Source: Mayamaea pseudoterrestris (taxonomy: Eukaryota). From it: 64,000 nucleotides of DNA. Positions 35,231 through 46,695 of the stretch are shown here, piece by piece (positions within the stretch are counted from its first letter, which is position 1; every line of letters starts with the position of its first letter). The notes under the pieces are model-generated. The model was not told where the DNA came from. It saw nothing but the letters and a program-made list of their open reading frames with translations, and made no database searches. A program made the position numbers and the translations under genes. Location: positions 372,001 through 436,000 of the forward strand of contig BROI01000001.1 in NCBI GenBank assembly GCA_027923505.1, written 5' to 3'.

Positions 35231-35899
35231 ATGGTGAATGAAATGAGCTGTAAGTGAATTGTAGTCCTGGGAGTGCGATGCGAGAGCCGCGATCAGTGCT
35301 CAGTGTAACTTGCCAAGTTGCAATGATTTAATGGTAGTACTTCGTAGCTTAAGAAAAGGCAAATGTGCACCACGAGCTTTGGAACAACCTCACAGCCCAC
35401 GCGTCGATAAATATCATCAGACGTTACGATCAGCATGGTCATGGACACATGGGAGTCGATGCGCCGCATCAAAAACTATGAAGAAGTTGCTGGTGCCAAG
35501 CTGTTCCAAAAGCTATTCAACCAATGCCCAGAGGCCAAGACGCTCTTTGGTTTTCCGATAGACGCGGATGCCAATAGCCATGAAGTTTTGAGCAGCAAGC
35601 GATTCTTGATGCACGCTTCGTATCTGATCCAAATGATTGACACGGCGCTGAACATGCTCGGTCCTGACTACGAGTTGTTGACAGATATCCTTCTGGAGCT
35701 TGGAGCCAAGCACGTTCGCTTCGGTGTTAAGCCAGATATGTTTCCTGTGATGGGTCTTTGTCTCATTGCGACGCTGGAGGAGACATTGGAAGACGGAGCG
35801 ATAACTCCTGCGGCCAAGCGTGCTTGGCTGGAAACCTACGACGCGTTGGCCGCCGACATGATTCGCGGACAGAAGGAGGTCCGACGATCCAGCAAGTAG
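35231..35899 (+). CDS. Single-domain 3/3 globin; exons 35231-35249 and 35421-35899
   Basis: LFQKLF..CPEAKTLFGF (CD1 Phe), FLMHA (E7 His), LGAKH (F8 His), AW..YD. A 19-nt first exon with a GTAAGT..CAG intron gives MVNEMSYVTISMVMDTW. Confidence 0.92.
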
Positions 35900-36099
35900 A
35901 AGTCCGCGAACAAAAAAACGTAAGAAAGTGAGCCTGAAATATGTACATTGCTCCGGTATGCATTATAAGCATACTTGCTCGATGGGTGTTGACCCGCATA
36001 AAGATAAATCGTTGGATAAAAGTCGTACATATCACAATCCCTGCATCTTCTTTGTGCACCTAAATTGTATGAGTAGCATCATGAGTCGAATATCTATCA

Positions 36100-38007
36100 T
36101 TATCGTTTCATCCCTGGCTGACTTTGCGCTATCTTTGAGTGGTGAGCTGGTGACCATTTCCCGCCCGTTCCCGTCTCGAGCGTCTCCATGCGGCGAATAT
36201 CCTTGATCAACCGCGACACAGTCGGATTCTCTAAGGGTACCTGCATATTCTCATATATGTTTAGCGCCACGCCGTAAAACGTTTTTGCCTCGTCCAGATG
36301 ATTCAGTTCCACCAATATGTTTGCGTAATCGTGCGCCGCCACGGCGCAGCTGGGATGTAAACTGCCATAAATTTGTCTACGCGCGCGGTATACCTGCCCC
36401 TGTAATTTACGCGATTCCTGCAGGTCTCCAGACTTGCGATGATAGCGGGCAAGTTGGTTCATAGTGTTAACCGTATCTGCGTGGAGACCGCCAAGGTGGA
36501 CTTGACGCAAGCGTACGGCTTCCCGCAAAAGGTTGTGAACTTGACTCAAATAAGAAGCATCGCCCTTGGCCTGAAGGCTCGCAACCTGACTGATCTTTTC
36601 AAGCGCCAGCGCCCTTGCGACAGGTTTGCGTACGAATGACCGGTGTGCTCGTGCAAACGCACGGAGAGCGGCTGGCAAGTCCTGGCCATTCTCAAGGTAC
36701 GCCGCTCCAAGCTGAAGATAGGCCTGTCCTGTCGGAACACTTTCCGCACCAAACGATCGGATACATTGATCAACGTGATCATGCAGTGGCTTGAAACTTT
36801 CACTGTCGTGCTGGTCGTCTTCACTGTCACCGTCACCGTCATACACGCGCGAGTCTGCCGACGAAACCGAATATTCGAAATCTTCTTGACCATGGACGTG
36901 CCCTGACAGCGGGTTGCTCGATACATAATCACTGTGCGAAATCTCATCATCAATGTTTTTGCTTTCTTCGTCCTCTTCAACTTTCTTTTCCTCCATGGCG
37001 CTCATGCGTGAAAGCGGCGGTGTACCTCGACAACCGTATCGAAGTGCATCTGGAGCCAAATTTTCGTCCCTCGACGCATTGGGTGTCTGCACGTTCTCTG
37101 ATACGCTTACATCGTTGTACTTGACACCCTCGTCTTCACCACAAACATTATTTGCACCAAATTGACCCATATACGGCATGTGCAACGTCGAACGACATGC
37201 GCTTTTTTGGTTCATGGCCGCGATCTCATTGCCGTCCTCACTCTCGTCGCCTCCGATTGTGGGTTGTGATGCATTCCTTCGACCAAGGTAAGACAATTCA
37301 TCGTCATAGTAATGGCTTTGCCTGTTCAACTCATCTTCCTCCGACTCAACAACTGCTTCAGACGAGTCGTTTTGCGGCAACTCAAAGCACATGTTTCTCG
37401 CTAATTGTCCATCTGGGTCGAGTCGCTTACAAGGAGTTTCGTTCGCTTGAAAAGGTGCATGCCCCAAATATGGAAAAGTGTCGTCAACGCAGTTAGCTTC
37501 AAAGTCTTGCGGAGACGACTTCTTTTGGTGTCCAGTAACTGCCCGATTCTTCAGTTCGGGAGGCGCCACCAGAGTGTGTGGGCGACCTAGATACGGGAAA
37601 AGACCATCGTCGTCAAGGTCACATTCTTCCGATTTCTCCGTATCTAACGTCGAATTCATCTGTTTTCTGTTGTACTTTTGACTTTCCTCGTATTCCTGCC
37701 AAACGATGGAGTCTGCTTGTCGACTTCTATCACTCGGCGCACTTCCATGCTGGAAAACCGTTGACGGATACTTTAGCTCCACTGATGGCGAATGCTCCTC
37801 CTTGTATTCATTAGCCAGAAAGGAAGACGCCATGGAGGCTGTTGACGATGCGTCACTGACGATAATTTGGGACTTGCGGAAACTCTTGGAGGTGCTCCGC
37901 TGAGGCTGTTGCGGCGATCGAATCACCTTGGCTTGGCTCATGCCGACGGGCGGGTCACTGGCCTGAACAAGCGACCGGAAACTGCTTCGTCTCCGTCCAT
38001 AAGGCAT
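36100..38007 (-). CDS. Acidic disordered protein with C-terminal kinesin-light-chain-type TPR repeats
   Basis: LGGLHADTVNTMNQLA, YGSLHPSCAVAAHDYA, FYGVALNIY. Confidence 0.8.
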   Translation of the reverse strand: MPYGRRRSSFRSLVQASDPPVGMSQAKVIRSPQQPQRSTSKSFRKSQIIVSDASSTASMASSFLANEYKEEHSPSVELKYPSTVFQHGSAPSDRSRQADSIVWQEYEESQKYNRKQMNSTLDTEKSEECDLDDDGLFPYLGRPHTLVAPPELKNRAVTGHQKKSSPQDFEANCVDDTFPYLGHAPFQANETPCKRLDPDGQLARNMCFELPQNDSSEAVVESEEDELNRQSHYYDDELSYLGRRNASQPTIGGDESEDGNEIAAMNQKSACRSTLHMPYMGQFGANNVCGEDEGVKYNDVSVSENVQTPNASRDENLAPDALRYGCRGTPPLSRMSAMEEKKVEEDEESKNIDDEISHSDYVSSNPLSGHVHGQEDFEYSVSSADSRVYDGDGDSEDDQHDSESFKPLHDHVDQCIRSFGAESVPTGQAYLQLGAAYLENGQDLPAALRAFARAHRSFVRKPVARALALEKISQVASLQAKGDASYLSQVHNLLREAVRLRQVHLGGLHADTVNTMNQLARYHRKSGDLQESRKLQGQVYRARRQIYGSLHPSCAVAAHDYANILVELNHLDEAKTFYGVALNIYENMQVPLENPTVSRLIKDIRRMETLETGTGGKWSPAHHSKIAQSQPGMKR

Positions 38008-38625
38008 GCTTCGATTAGTATATAACTACCCGGTAGTTGATGTAGACTATCCGATAAATGCGGGTTCAGGTAAATGGCGAAAAGAAGCCATGGTCGTCCA
38101 CAAGAGCGGCGCGGTGGCAGTTTTTCTTCCAACGCCTGCGTGGCGCGGCACGCGCGATGCACACAGAAATGAATCGTGTGAACGGGGATTTGGAGTCATG
38201 TGATAAGCAATGACGTCATTCACGTTTTGGCGCGCCAAAAAGGATGGGACGGCCTGCAGAGCAATTGAACCGCCTCCGAGACTGGAAGCTATATACCTAC
38301 CGGTACGGTACCCCTGCAGGACCAAAAGTATAACGCGCGACAGCAACATCTACATTTGTTTCAACGTCAAAGTACTGCAAGGGTTTGATATAAATCACAG
38401 CAAGTGGAACGAAATTTGCTTTATATTGCATGAGTAGAATTCAAGCCATGAATTAGCATCTGTAAGCGTTATAGACACATGAACAGGACCCAGGATTGTG
38501 CAATATACTGTGGCCGATTTGCATGCTAGCGCCGTCAAGTGTACGGAGTGTTTTGTAGTTGAGAGAGCAGGTTGCTCATTGCTCAGAAAGGCCGTCACGC
38601 ACACGGGAAAGTAAGGTGAATTCCT

Positions 38626-39207
38626 CTACAGACCATCAGTCCCGGCACTCTTGTCTTCATTTCCACTCGCCATACTTGCAGAGACGCTTTGATCCTCTTC
38701 TGGATGATTCTTGTAGTATTCTTCAAGCTCATGCTTCCTTAGAAACCGCCCGCCAGGTCCGCGCGGCCTTTTCATGGCATGCTGATGGCGCGACTCGTGC
38801 ATGTAGGGTCGTTTGTGCGTCTTTTGTTCCTTGTAGTATTCCTCCATCTTGGCCCGAGCATCTCGGCGCTTGACAATCCGGCGAAACTGCTTGGCATTGA
38901 CATAGGTTGGTCCGGGAGCGGATGCAGATGAAAGGACAGCAGCTGTTGGCGCATCTACTGGATTTGAAGCTTGATGATGTAGCATTGGAAGTGTAGTATG
39001 AGGAGTATAACTGGGCCACATGTTGGATATAGCTTGATGCTGGGGCTGATGTGCGAAATGATTGTTATTCATGGTCGCATGATGAGGCAAGTTCATTTGA
39101 AAGATTCCATTGCCATTCATCATGGGAAAGCCTTGCGTCATTTGCGCGTAGGCATTAAATTGTGAAGCAGGAGCCTCCATGGTTGGATTTGAGCCTTCAG
39201 TAGACAT
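38626..39207 (-). CDS. NFYA: CCAAT-binding factor subunit NF-YA (HAP2)
   Basis: [42 protein letters not shown]. Confidence 0.95.
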   Translation of the reverse strand: MSTEGSNPTMEAPASQFNAYAQMTQGFPMMNGNGIFQMNLPHHATMNNNHFAHQPQHQAISNMWPSYTPHTTLPMLHHQASNPVDAPTAAVLSSASAPGPTYVNAKQFRRIVKRRDARAKMEEYYKEQKTHKRPYMHESRHQHAMKRPRGPGGRFLRKHELEEYYKNHPEEDQSVSASMASGNEDKSAGTDGL

Positions 39208-39567
39208 TTCAATTGCTTCTATTGGTAAGGTCTGCAGGAGCGACGACGAGCCGTTCCGGTTTGTGGAAGAGATCTTGAAGTCGGTTCAACGAGAGGCTGT
39301 GAAATGGCGTGCTTGGTGCGTAGGCGAGTCTGAACCGCTACGACTTTCAACGGCTACATGCCATCACGGCAATTCACTGTCAATGTTGGCGTCGACTGAT
39401 GTTTGTTAGTAGTCATACAAGTAAAGTACTGGTACCTTATCGATACGAGACGCCATGAATAGATGGACTATCAATGAGATTTCTGGCGCTATTCATAGCA
39501 AATTCTAAATCATCTGTAATCTATTTACAAACTGCATAAAGTTTCCAAAAAAGTCATTCACATTCAA

Positions 39568-42111
39568 CTACTGTTCGGGCAGCTGCGGACTCTGAAAGAG
39601 TACAGATTCGAGAGGCGAGTAGAAAATCTTGTCATGCCAAGGTTCCCGGCGTAACATGTTGGCCATGTCGTGCGGAGGAACGTGAGGACGGCGCACTCCG
39701 GCAGTCTGCGACAGTTGACCAATCTGAGTGTCCTGTGCAACCTTTTCCGCCTGCTTAGAACACAACTGCGACAAGCGATCATTGTCCATGGATGCAGCAA
39801 CGTCTGACCATAGTTTCCAAACTTTTAATGCACCTCCTGGAATCGCATTCTCCTTCAGGCAGAGTCCAATGCAGTGCTGCGCCAACAAGGGTTCGCCACG
39901 CGAATGCTCCAAGCGAGCAAATGTGTATAAAATCACTGAGCGCAACATAGCTCCTTCCAAACAATTTTCAGTCAATCGAAGCGCATGGTCAAGCATCGTC
40001 TCGGCACGTTCCACATTGTCCAAGTGCCATTCACAAATTCCCCACGAGTGAAACAACTGCGCAAGATTAGAGGGACTACGTCCATCGCAAGTAGTCATAA
40101 CCTTTATTGCACCCTCATAAAATATCCGGCGAGCCGATAAATAGTTGCCTTGCTTCATCTCGTATTCGGCAAGCAGTCGATGCGGATCAGCATGCCCCTT
40201 GCCGATTCTGCAAGCCTCTTCCAATAGTTTCGGAGCGCGGTCCAACAAGCCTTGGTGCAAATAATACCGCGCCACATCCAAAGTAAACTTGTAATCTCTT
40301 GGGAAAGCAAACTTGGCTCGCTCGTAAATCTCTTCAACCGCTTCTAAGCTTCCATGGCACGCCTCCAGACGAAGCCATGTGCGATAGACGTTGAAAAAGC
40401 GATCGCCGGAGCGGTAGACTGGAACTCGTTTCAAAAACTCATTCTTCAGTTGCACCGTATCATTAGTGACAGCAGCAAACGTTGTCTTGTCCATTGGTAT
40501 TTTGTGTCGCTTCAAAGACGTTAACAGGAAGCGCTCGTATGTGGCCAGCGCCGAAATGCAAACCGCCCTCGCCTTGTCAATGTTACCCTCCGTCTCCTCG
40601 AACTGCGCCAAAGCTTGCCAAGCATTTGCGTTTCGGCCATTGTAGGAGCTAACAGCCTTGACTAACCATTGACGGCACTCTTCAGTACCGCCTTGCTCAT
40701 ACTTGACAAAGGCCAGATTCGTGTAAGCAAAACCCAATGAACTTTCATGTGGCGAAAGCTGAATGGCACGATGGTAGCACGTGGCTGCCATGTCCCACAG
40801 TTTCGCGTCCCGATAAACATCCCCAAGCGCATGGTGCAGCCGATGCGCCGCCCGGGGTGGAACCTTCTGCAAGCCTACGTTCAACACGCGCATGGCCGAC
40901 GCAATCTGACCCTGCGAGTGCAGCAAGACTCCGAGCGCGTGATGTGCATGAGGAATGCTTGGGTCACATGCAATCGACTGTTGGTAGTAATCCTTGGCTG
41001 TCTCCGTTCCCGTGGCAAGCGTCGCCATGCCGTGTAAAAGGTAGGGGTCCTTTGGCTGCAAGTACAAGCCCTTTTGCAATATCTTGCGAGCCATGGAAAC
41101 GTTACCTTGGTCAGCTTCCAATCGCGCCAAACGACGATACAGTCGAGCGTCCTTTGGAGTGAGCTTCAAGAGCTGATAGAGTATGCGTTTAGTCAGCTTG
41201 ACATCGCCTCGCTTGTCCGCCTTTCGCGCCATGTAGTAAAGGTCATTTATCCGTGTAGGATGTATGGTTGAAGAATGAGGCGAGCCCATGTCGCCCACAT
41301 TTTGAGTCTCCGTCAGCCCTTTCAACTGCGTTGACTTGCCGTGAAGCTTTTCGTGTTGAATGGTTCTTCGCCGCTGCAAAAGGGGCTCCAAGTTTACTGT
41401 GCGCGACCATTCCGCCAGCGAATTAGGCGCCTCCGACATTGCAGCCGCAGATTCCGCCTCGTCCAGTTCACGCTTCAAGTTCCGTCGTTCGATCCGATCA
41501 CGAATGAAAGCTCGCTTCTTGGAGAGTGCCGAATCGTCACTGTGAGCGTCGTGACGGCCATGTTGTTTTCGACTTGGTTTGTTCCGTTGTTGTCTTTGCT
41601 GCCACGGAACGATTTGTTCTGCTTGGTCAGCCGCTGCTGCTGCTGCAGCAAAGGGACTCATGGCCAGTTTTCGTATTGGCTTGCTGCTTGGAATGCTCGT
41701 TGTATTGTTTCTGCTAGTTCGATGTAATGTGGTTGTTGTAGATGCAGTTGATTCGTCCAGCAGGATTAATTGTTGCTCCAACCGAGCTGCCGCCATGAGT
41801 GGTCGCTGCTGCGGCTGCAAATGCTTGGCGTAATCCTGCGTTGCTTCCGAAGTTTTAGTTGCAAAGTATATTCCAAGTCTCCCTCGATGGAGCCGTCGTT
41901 GTAGATTGTTATTGTTACTGCTTTTAATATCGTTTCGTTTCTCGGACGGCGCTAGCGTCGATGCAACGACTGGAGGCGGCTTGACAAGAATATTATTGAC
42001 GTGATGCTGCTCCAGAAACATGCTGAGTGGCAATCTCGAAGGAGCCGAGTTGCTGTATGAACAGCAGGATGTAGTCATTAAAAGTAACAGCATGACTGGG
42101 AAAAGGTGCAT
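39568..42111 (-). CDS. HAT/TPR protein, HCF107/Mbb1-like plastid RNA maturation factor (ORF open upstream to 42384)
   Basis: Multiple HAT repeats (AWQALAQFEETEGNIDKAR, LFHSWGICEW). A hydrophobic signal begins at MHLFPVMLLLLM. Confidence 0.75.
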   Translation of the reverse strand: MHLFPVMLLLLMTTSCCSYSNSAPSRLPLSMFLEQHHVNNILVKPPPVVASTLAPSEKRNDIKSSNNNNLQRRLHRGRLGIYFATKTSEATQDYAKHLQPQQRPLMAAARLEQQLILLDESTASTTTTLHRTSRNNTTSIPSSKPIRKLAMSPFAAAAAAADQAEQIVPWQQRQQRNKPSRKQHGRHDAHSDDSALSKKRAFIRDRIERRNLKRELDEAESAAAMSEAPNSLAEWSRTVNLEPLLQRRRTIQHEKLHGKSTQLKGLTETQNVGDMGSPHSSTIHPTRINDLYYMARKADKRGDVKLTKRILYQLLKLTPKDARLYRRLARLEADQGNVSMARKILQKGLYLQPKDPYLLHGMATLATGTETAKDYYQQSIACDPSIPHAHHALGVLLHSQGQIASAMRVLNVGLQKVPPRAAHRLHHALGDVYRDAKLWDMAATCYHRAIQLSPHESSLGFAYTNLAFVKYEQGGTEECRQWLVKAVSSYNGRNANAWQALAQFEETEGNIDKARAVCISALATYERFLLTSLKRHKIPMDKTTFAAVTNDTVQLKNEFLKRVPVYRSGDRFFNVYRTWLRLEACHGSLEAVEEIYERAKFAFPRDYKFTLDVARYYLHQGLLDRAPKLLEEACRIGKGHADPHRLLAEYEMKQGNYLSARRIFYEGAIKVMTTCDGRSPSNLAQLFHSWGICEWHLDNVERAETMLDHALRLTENCLEGAMLRSVILYTFARLEHSRGEPLLAQHCIGLCLKENAIPGGALKVWKLWSDVAASMDNDRLSQLCSKQAEKVAQDTQIGQLSQTAGVRRPHVPPHDMANMLRREPWHDKIFYSPLESVLFQSPQLPEQ

Positions 42112-42743
42112 CTGCAGTCCTTGTCGCTGTCGCCGTCGCGATGCCAATCGAATCAAACTGATAGTCGGCTCGTCCTCTTTATCAACTTGATTCCGTCGAG
42201 ACGTGATCAAGATACACGGATCAAATGACTCTGCTAATTGATAATTGCCATCTTCTGAAGCTTCTTGCCGAGACGATGAAGAACCCATCAGAGTCGTGCC
42301 GTCGGCCTCCATCGAATCAAGTGATCGGTCGTCTGCTCGCTCGTCAACTATTCGTTTGCAATTCAGCCGATGATTGAGTGCCATTGCGTGCAGTGATAAT
42401 GAAGATAGTTAGCACGTCTCGTCTTGATCTTCCATGAGAGTTTTGCAGGAGCGCATCATCGATATTGAACAGCTGGCGCAAGGCGAGAGGAACGAGACAT
42501 GCGGTGAGCGAAACGCTGCTTCCGTCATCGCGGAACTTTCGTACAGTCAGCTCGCTGAGTGGTTCTGCGACATCTGACACGTCACTAGTGAAACGGGCGC
42601 GTCGACGAAAGGCTTCCCGTCTGCGATCCATTCGAAGGAAAAAAGGCAGGCGGCAGCAAATCCATCACCTGCTATCTGCACGATCAAGAAAGTACTACTA
42701 GGCAGACGATAACGATAACTGCGCAATTTTTGAAAATACAATC

Positions 42744-44767
42744 ATGTTCCTCTTTCGCTTGGCTTCCCGACGGACGGTAGCTAGCGTCTTGCTACAAAAG
42801 CGTCGGCCTCCGTCGCAGGTCGTGTCAGGAGCAGCCATGTCACACTTGTCAACCATTCGCTGTTCGTCAACAGCTGCTACAAACGACAATGCTACTACTT
42901 CTTCGTCCAATGATCCCCGACTGACGGCTCCCCGCGAGTGCATGCCATACGATGTCGTCATTGTCGGAGGAGGGCCGGCTGGTTTGGCAGCCTCGATTCG
43001 ACTCAAGCAGCTTTGCCTTGAAAACAGTCACGACCTTTCCGTATGTGTTTTGGAAAAGGGAAGGTACGATCTTGAATTGAATATATGATGGAATTTGTAC
43101 TACCGGATATTGTAATTGTATGTTCGCTGACTCTAGTCATTCCATTCTCCATTGATTTTTCCAGTGAAATTGGTTCTCACATTTTATCCGGCAACGTGTT
43201 GGATCCTCGCGCCTTGGATGAACTCTTTGCTTCCGACTTGCCAAACTGGAAGGAAGATTTTGAGACTACTGGAACATTTGCAACGCCAGTCGCAACCGAT
43301 GAATTCAAAGTCTTACTAAACGCGACCAAGTCGTTTACCATTCCACACTTTTTGCTGCCGCCGCAACTTGACAATGCCGGTAACTATATTATCAGCCTTT
43401 CGCAACTGACTCGCTGGCTTGCCGCAAAGGCCGAAGACTTGGGTGTGGAGATATATCCTGGCTTTGCCGCGTCCGAAGTATTGATGAGAGACAATTCCGT
43501 CTATGGGGTTGCCACGCGCGACGTTGGACTGGACAAGCACGGCAAACCAAAGGAGGGATTGTTTGAGCGAGGCGTGGAACTGCAGGCGAGGCAAACGATA
43601 CTGGCGGAAGGTGCGCGGGGATCTTGCAGCGAGTACGTCATGGACAAGTTTGACTTGCGTAACGACTGTCAGCCGCAAACGTATGGACTTGGATTAAAGG
43701 AGGTTTGGCAAGTGCCGCCCGAGCATTTCCAAAAGGGATTGGTGCAGCATACACTTGGATTTCCATTGCAGTCGGGAATCATGGACAAGACGTTTGGAGG
43801 TTCCTTTTTGTACATGCAGGAGCCTAATTTGGTGCTGATTGGGTTGGTCGTCGGACTTGACTACGCCAATCCGTACTTGAATCCGTACCAAGAGTTTCAA
43901 CGCTGGAAGACGCATCCAGAGATTGCGCAGCATCTAAAAGGAGGTACTTGTGTGTCGTATGGTGCTCGCGTCTTGAACGAAGGCGGCTTTTATAGTATAC
44001 CAAAGTTGACATTTCCTGGAGGTCTTTTAGTGGGTTGTTCAGCCGGCTTTTTGAACGCTGTCAAGATAAAAGGAACGCACACGGCTATTAAATCGGGCAT
44101 GCTTGCCGCAGAAGCTGTGTTTGATGGATTGACGAGCGGCGAATCGGCTGAGGTGCCATCTGTATCCGAGAGTGGCGAAATTCCGTCAGTGCCAGCCTTG
44201 GAGCTGGTTGATTACACGAAAAGGATTGAGTCGTCTTGGATCCATAAGGAGTTGCATCAAGTAAGAAACTGTCACGAAGCCTTTGCAAAGTGGGGAACGA
44301 CTGGTGGACTCGTTTACACTGCCATGGCGGCTTTTATAACCAAGGGACGCGAGCCATGGACATTGAAGCATTCGAAGCGCGATTGCGATACAACAGGCAA
44401 GGCCAAGGACTTTGAGCCAATCAAGTATCCAGCCGCCGACAATATATTGACCTTTGACCTACTTACGAACCTGCAACGATCCGGTACGTACCATGCGGAG
44501 GATCAGCCAGCTCATTTGCGAATCAAGCCCGAGCTGGGCGATATTCCCGAGAACGTTTCGCTTCAGACCTATGCTGGACCCGAGCAACGTTTCTGTCCTG
44601 CCGGTGTCTACGAATACGTGGATGATGAAGCTAAGGGTAGCAAGAAGCTGGTCATTAATGCGCAAAATTGCATTCATTGCAAGTGCTGTTCCATCAAGAC
44701 GCCTGCAGAGTACATTGACTGGACGGTTCCAGAAGGCGGCGGAGGTCCACAGTATCAGATTATGTAA
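42744..44767 (+). CDS. ETFDH: Electron transfer flavoprotein:ubiquinone oxidoreductase; exons 42744-43063 and 43165-44767
   Basis: YDVVIVGGGPAGL, EKG|SEIGSHILSG, KIKGTHTAIKSG, RFCPAGVYE, NCIHCKCCSIK, VPEGGGGPQY; mitochondrial-type presequence. Confidence 0.97.
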
Positions 44768-44922
44768 CTTTTTAGCGTAACCGTCTCGAAGTTTGCATAG
44801 CAATATATGTAAAGTACATTGTAATTGGCAATGGCTTACTTTACTATTAATGTTGTTGTATCTAACAATGTTCTTATTCTTTCTACGTATAACTTTAAGC
44901 GAGAAACTTGTCGTCGCGGCGC

Positions 44923-46213
44923 TTACATGCACTTCATCTTCATGGCATTGCCACCCTTGCAAGTGAGCCCAACGCAGCACTGATTAGAGCTAGTGCAAGT
45001 GACTGAAGATGGACGGCAAATGTGATCCAAGCGGAAGGTCTCGAACTGGACAATCATGCGTTCGATCTGTCCTGGCGTGAACTCCCCGTTCTCCTTGAGA
45101 CAGTTACCTCCAACGTAATTCATATGATTGTTAATCGGGTCTAATCCAATGTCCGCTCCGTTGTTGAGGTCCTTGCACGTGTCGAGAGGAGGGCTGTGGA
45201 GGAAGTCAGGCGCGAAAATGGATTAGACGGTTGTTTACCGTGCAGACCTTAAAGCCAATGACACACTTACTTGAACTTCCAGCAAACATTCGCACCAGGA
45301 AGAGCATTCGTTGGTCCAGAGTGGGCGGGAGTATCGGCTACATCGTCTCCCGAGAGATGCATGATGACCGGAGTGTCATCTTCACCCAACTTTAGATTCC
45401 ACACCTTGGGCGAGCAACCTCCCTTTAAAGTTCGACGTGGAAGACAATGTGAGTGCATCATTTACAAGCGTTCCAGCGTCTCTTGTATCGATGGAGACTT
45501 ACCTCGAACGTGTGTAACAAACCAAGGAAGTGACCGGTCTCGTGGACAATGTTTTGGATGGCAGTCTCCTTCTTGTCAAGCGCCGGTACGAGAGCCGTGT
45601 TGCGGATGACAACACCATCATAAACATCTCCGCTTTGAAGAGGATAACTTGACCATGAACGGCTATCGGAGGTGGACGAATCACAAATGTAAATGTTCAG
45701 GACGTTCTTGCCTGCAACTTTTAAGGTTTGCTTCATCAAGTACTCGCTAGCACCCAGGCGCTCGCATTTGCCGTAGTCCGCACTCTCGACAATCTGAATG
45801 CCCTTGAGGTCAAAGTCAAAAGGAGTCTGACGAAATCCGTACTCGAGAGCCTTGAAGTGGACCGACTCAATCGTCTCCTTGGTGAGGATCTGGCCGGCGG
45901 TGCTACCAGGAGCGTAAGCGTGCCAAATGTAAACTGGAATGGTGTAGTTCTTCATGACGGTGGACTGCAACTTGCGACCACTTGCCTTCCAAGTGTCGAC
46001 CATCTTGGCTACTTGCAGGCGCTCTTCGACCGAAGGTGACTGGAAGCCACAGTGTGACTGGCTGTCTTCAAAGGCATCTTGAAGAGTGCGGTCATGCGCG
46101 TCTTGCTCGTTAAGCGGGGAGCCGAGACGACGCGCACCAGAATCGGAGCATCCAGCAGCCCCGCCCATGGCGACGGACAGCAAAAAGAAAAGTCGGGCAA
46201 AGGCAGGAATCAT
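44923..46213 (-). CDS. M43 (pappalysin/ulilysin-like) metalloprotease, paralog A; exons 46213-45503, 45422-45271, 45193-44923
   Basis: Signal peptide, propeptide CG, LNIYIC, DGVVI, HETGHFLGLLHTFE|GGC, DDVADTPAH, NHMNY, FTPGQIERM, Cys-rich tail. Confidence 0.92.
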
Positions 46214-46695
46214 GGTCAGTTGCGCGTTGATAATTTAAAGTTATTTTCGGTTGCAGTGCTTTGAATTTGTGAGGAATTTGGTAACCAAAAGCAATTTGAC
46301 GAGCGAGGCATGCCTACGTGAGAAGCATACCGTGCGTAGATTTTGTACTGTAGACGTCGTTCAGGGAGCTGTGCGTGTGGACCGTGGTAAGCCTACCGAA
46401 CGTAGAAGCTGTACTCTTGACGATGTAGAGCCGGAAACGAAGCGGCAAGCGATTCTGGTCGTAAGTGTGACTGGACGCGACTGTCGTTTCTGGCGAATGA
46501 CCGATGACCGCGGTGTCGCATTTGTGTCGCTCCGAATGAGCTAGCGAGGAGTACTCGCCAAGTCAATTGGCTGAGAATTACTGTAGCAGACATTGCCATG
46601 GAAGTAATATCACTTTGTTACTAGTGCTTCTTATTGGTGTTGGGACTGACTACCATAACTAATTTACCCGCACCGCAGCTCATGCGAAGCATGGC

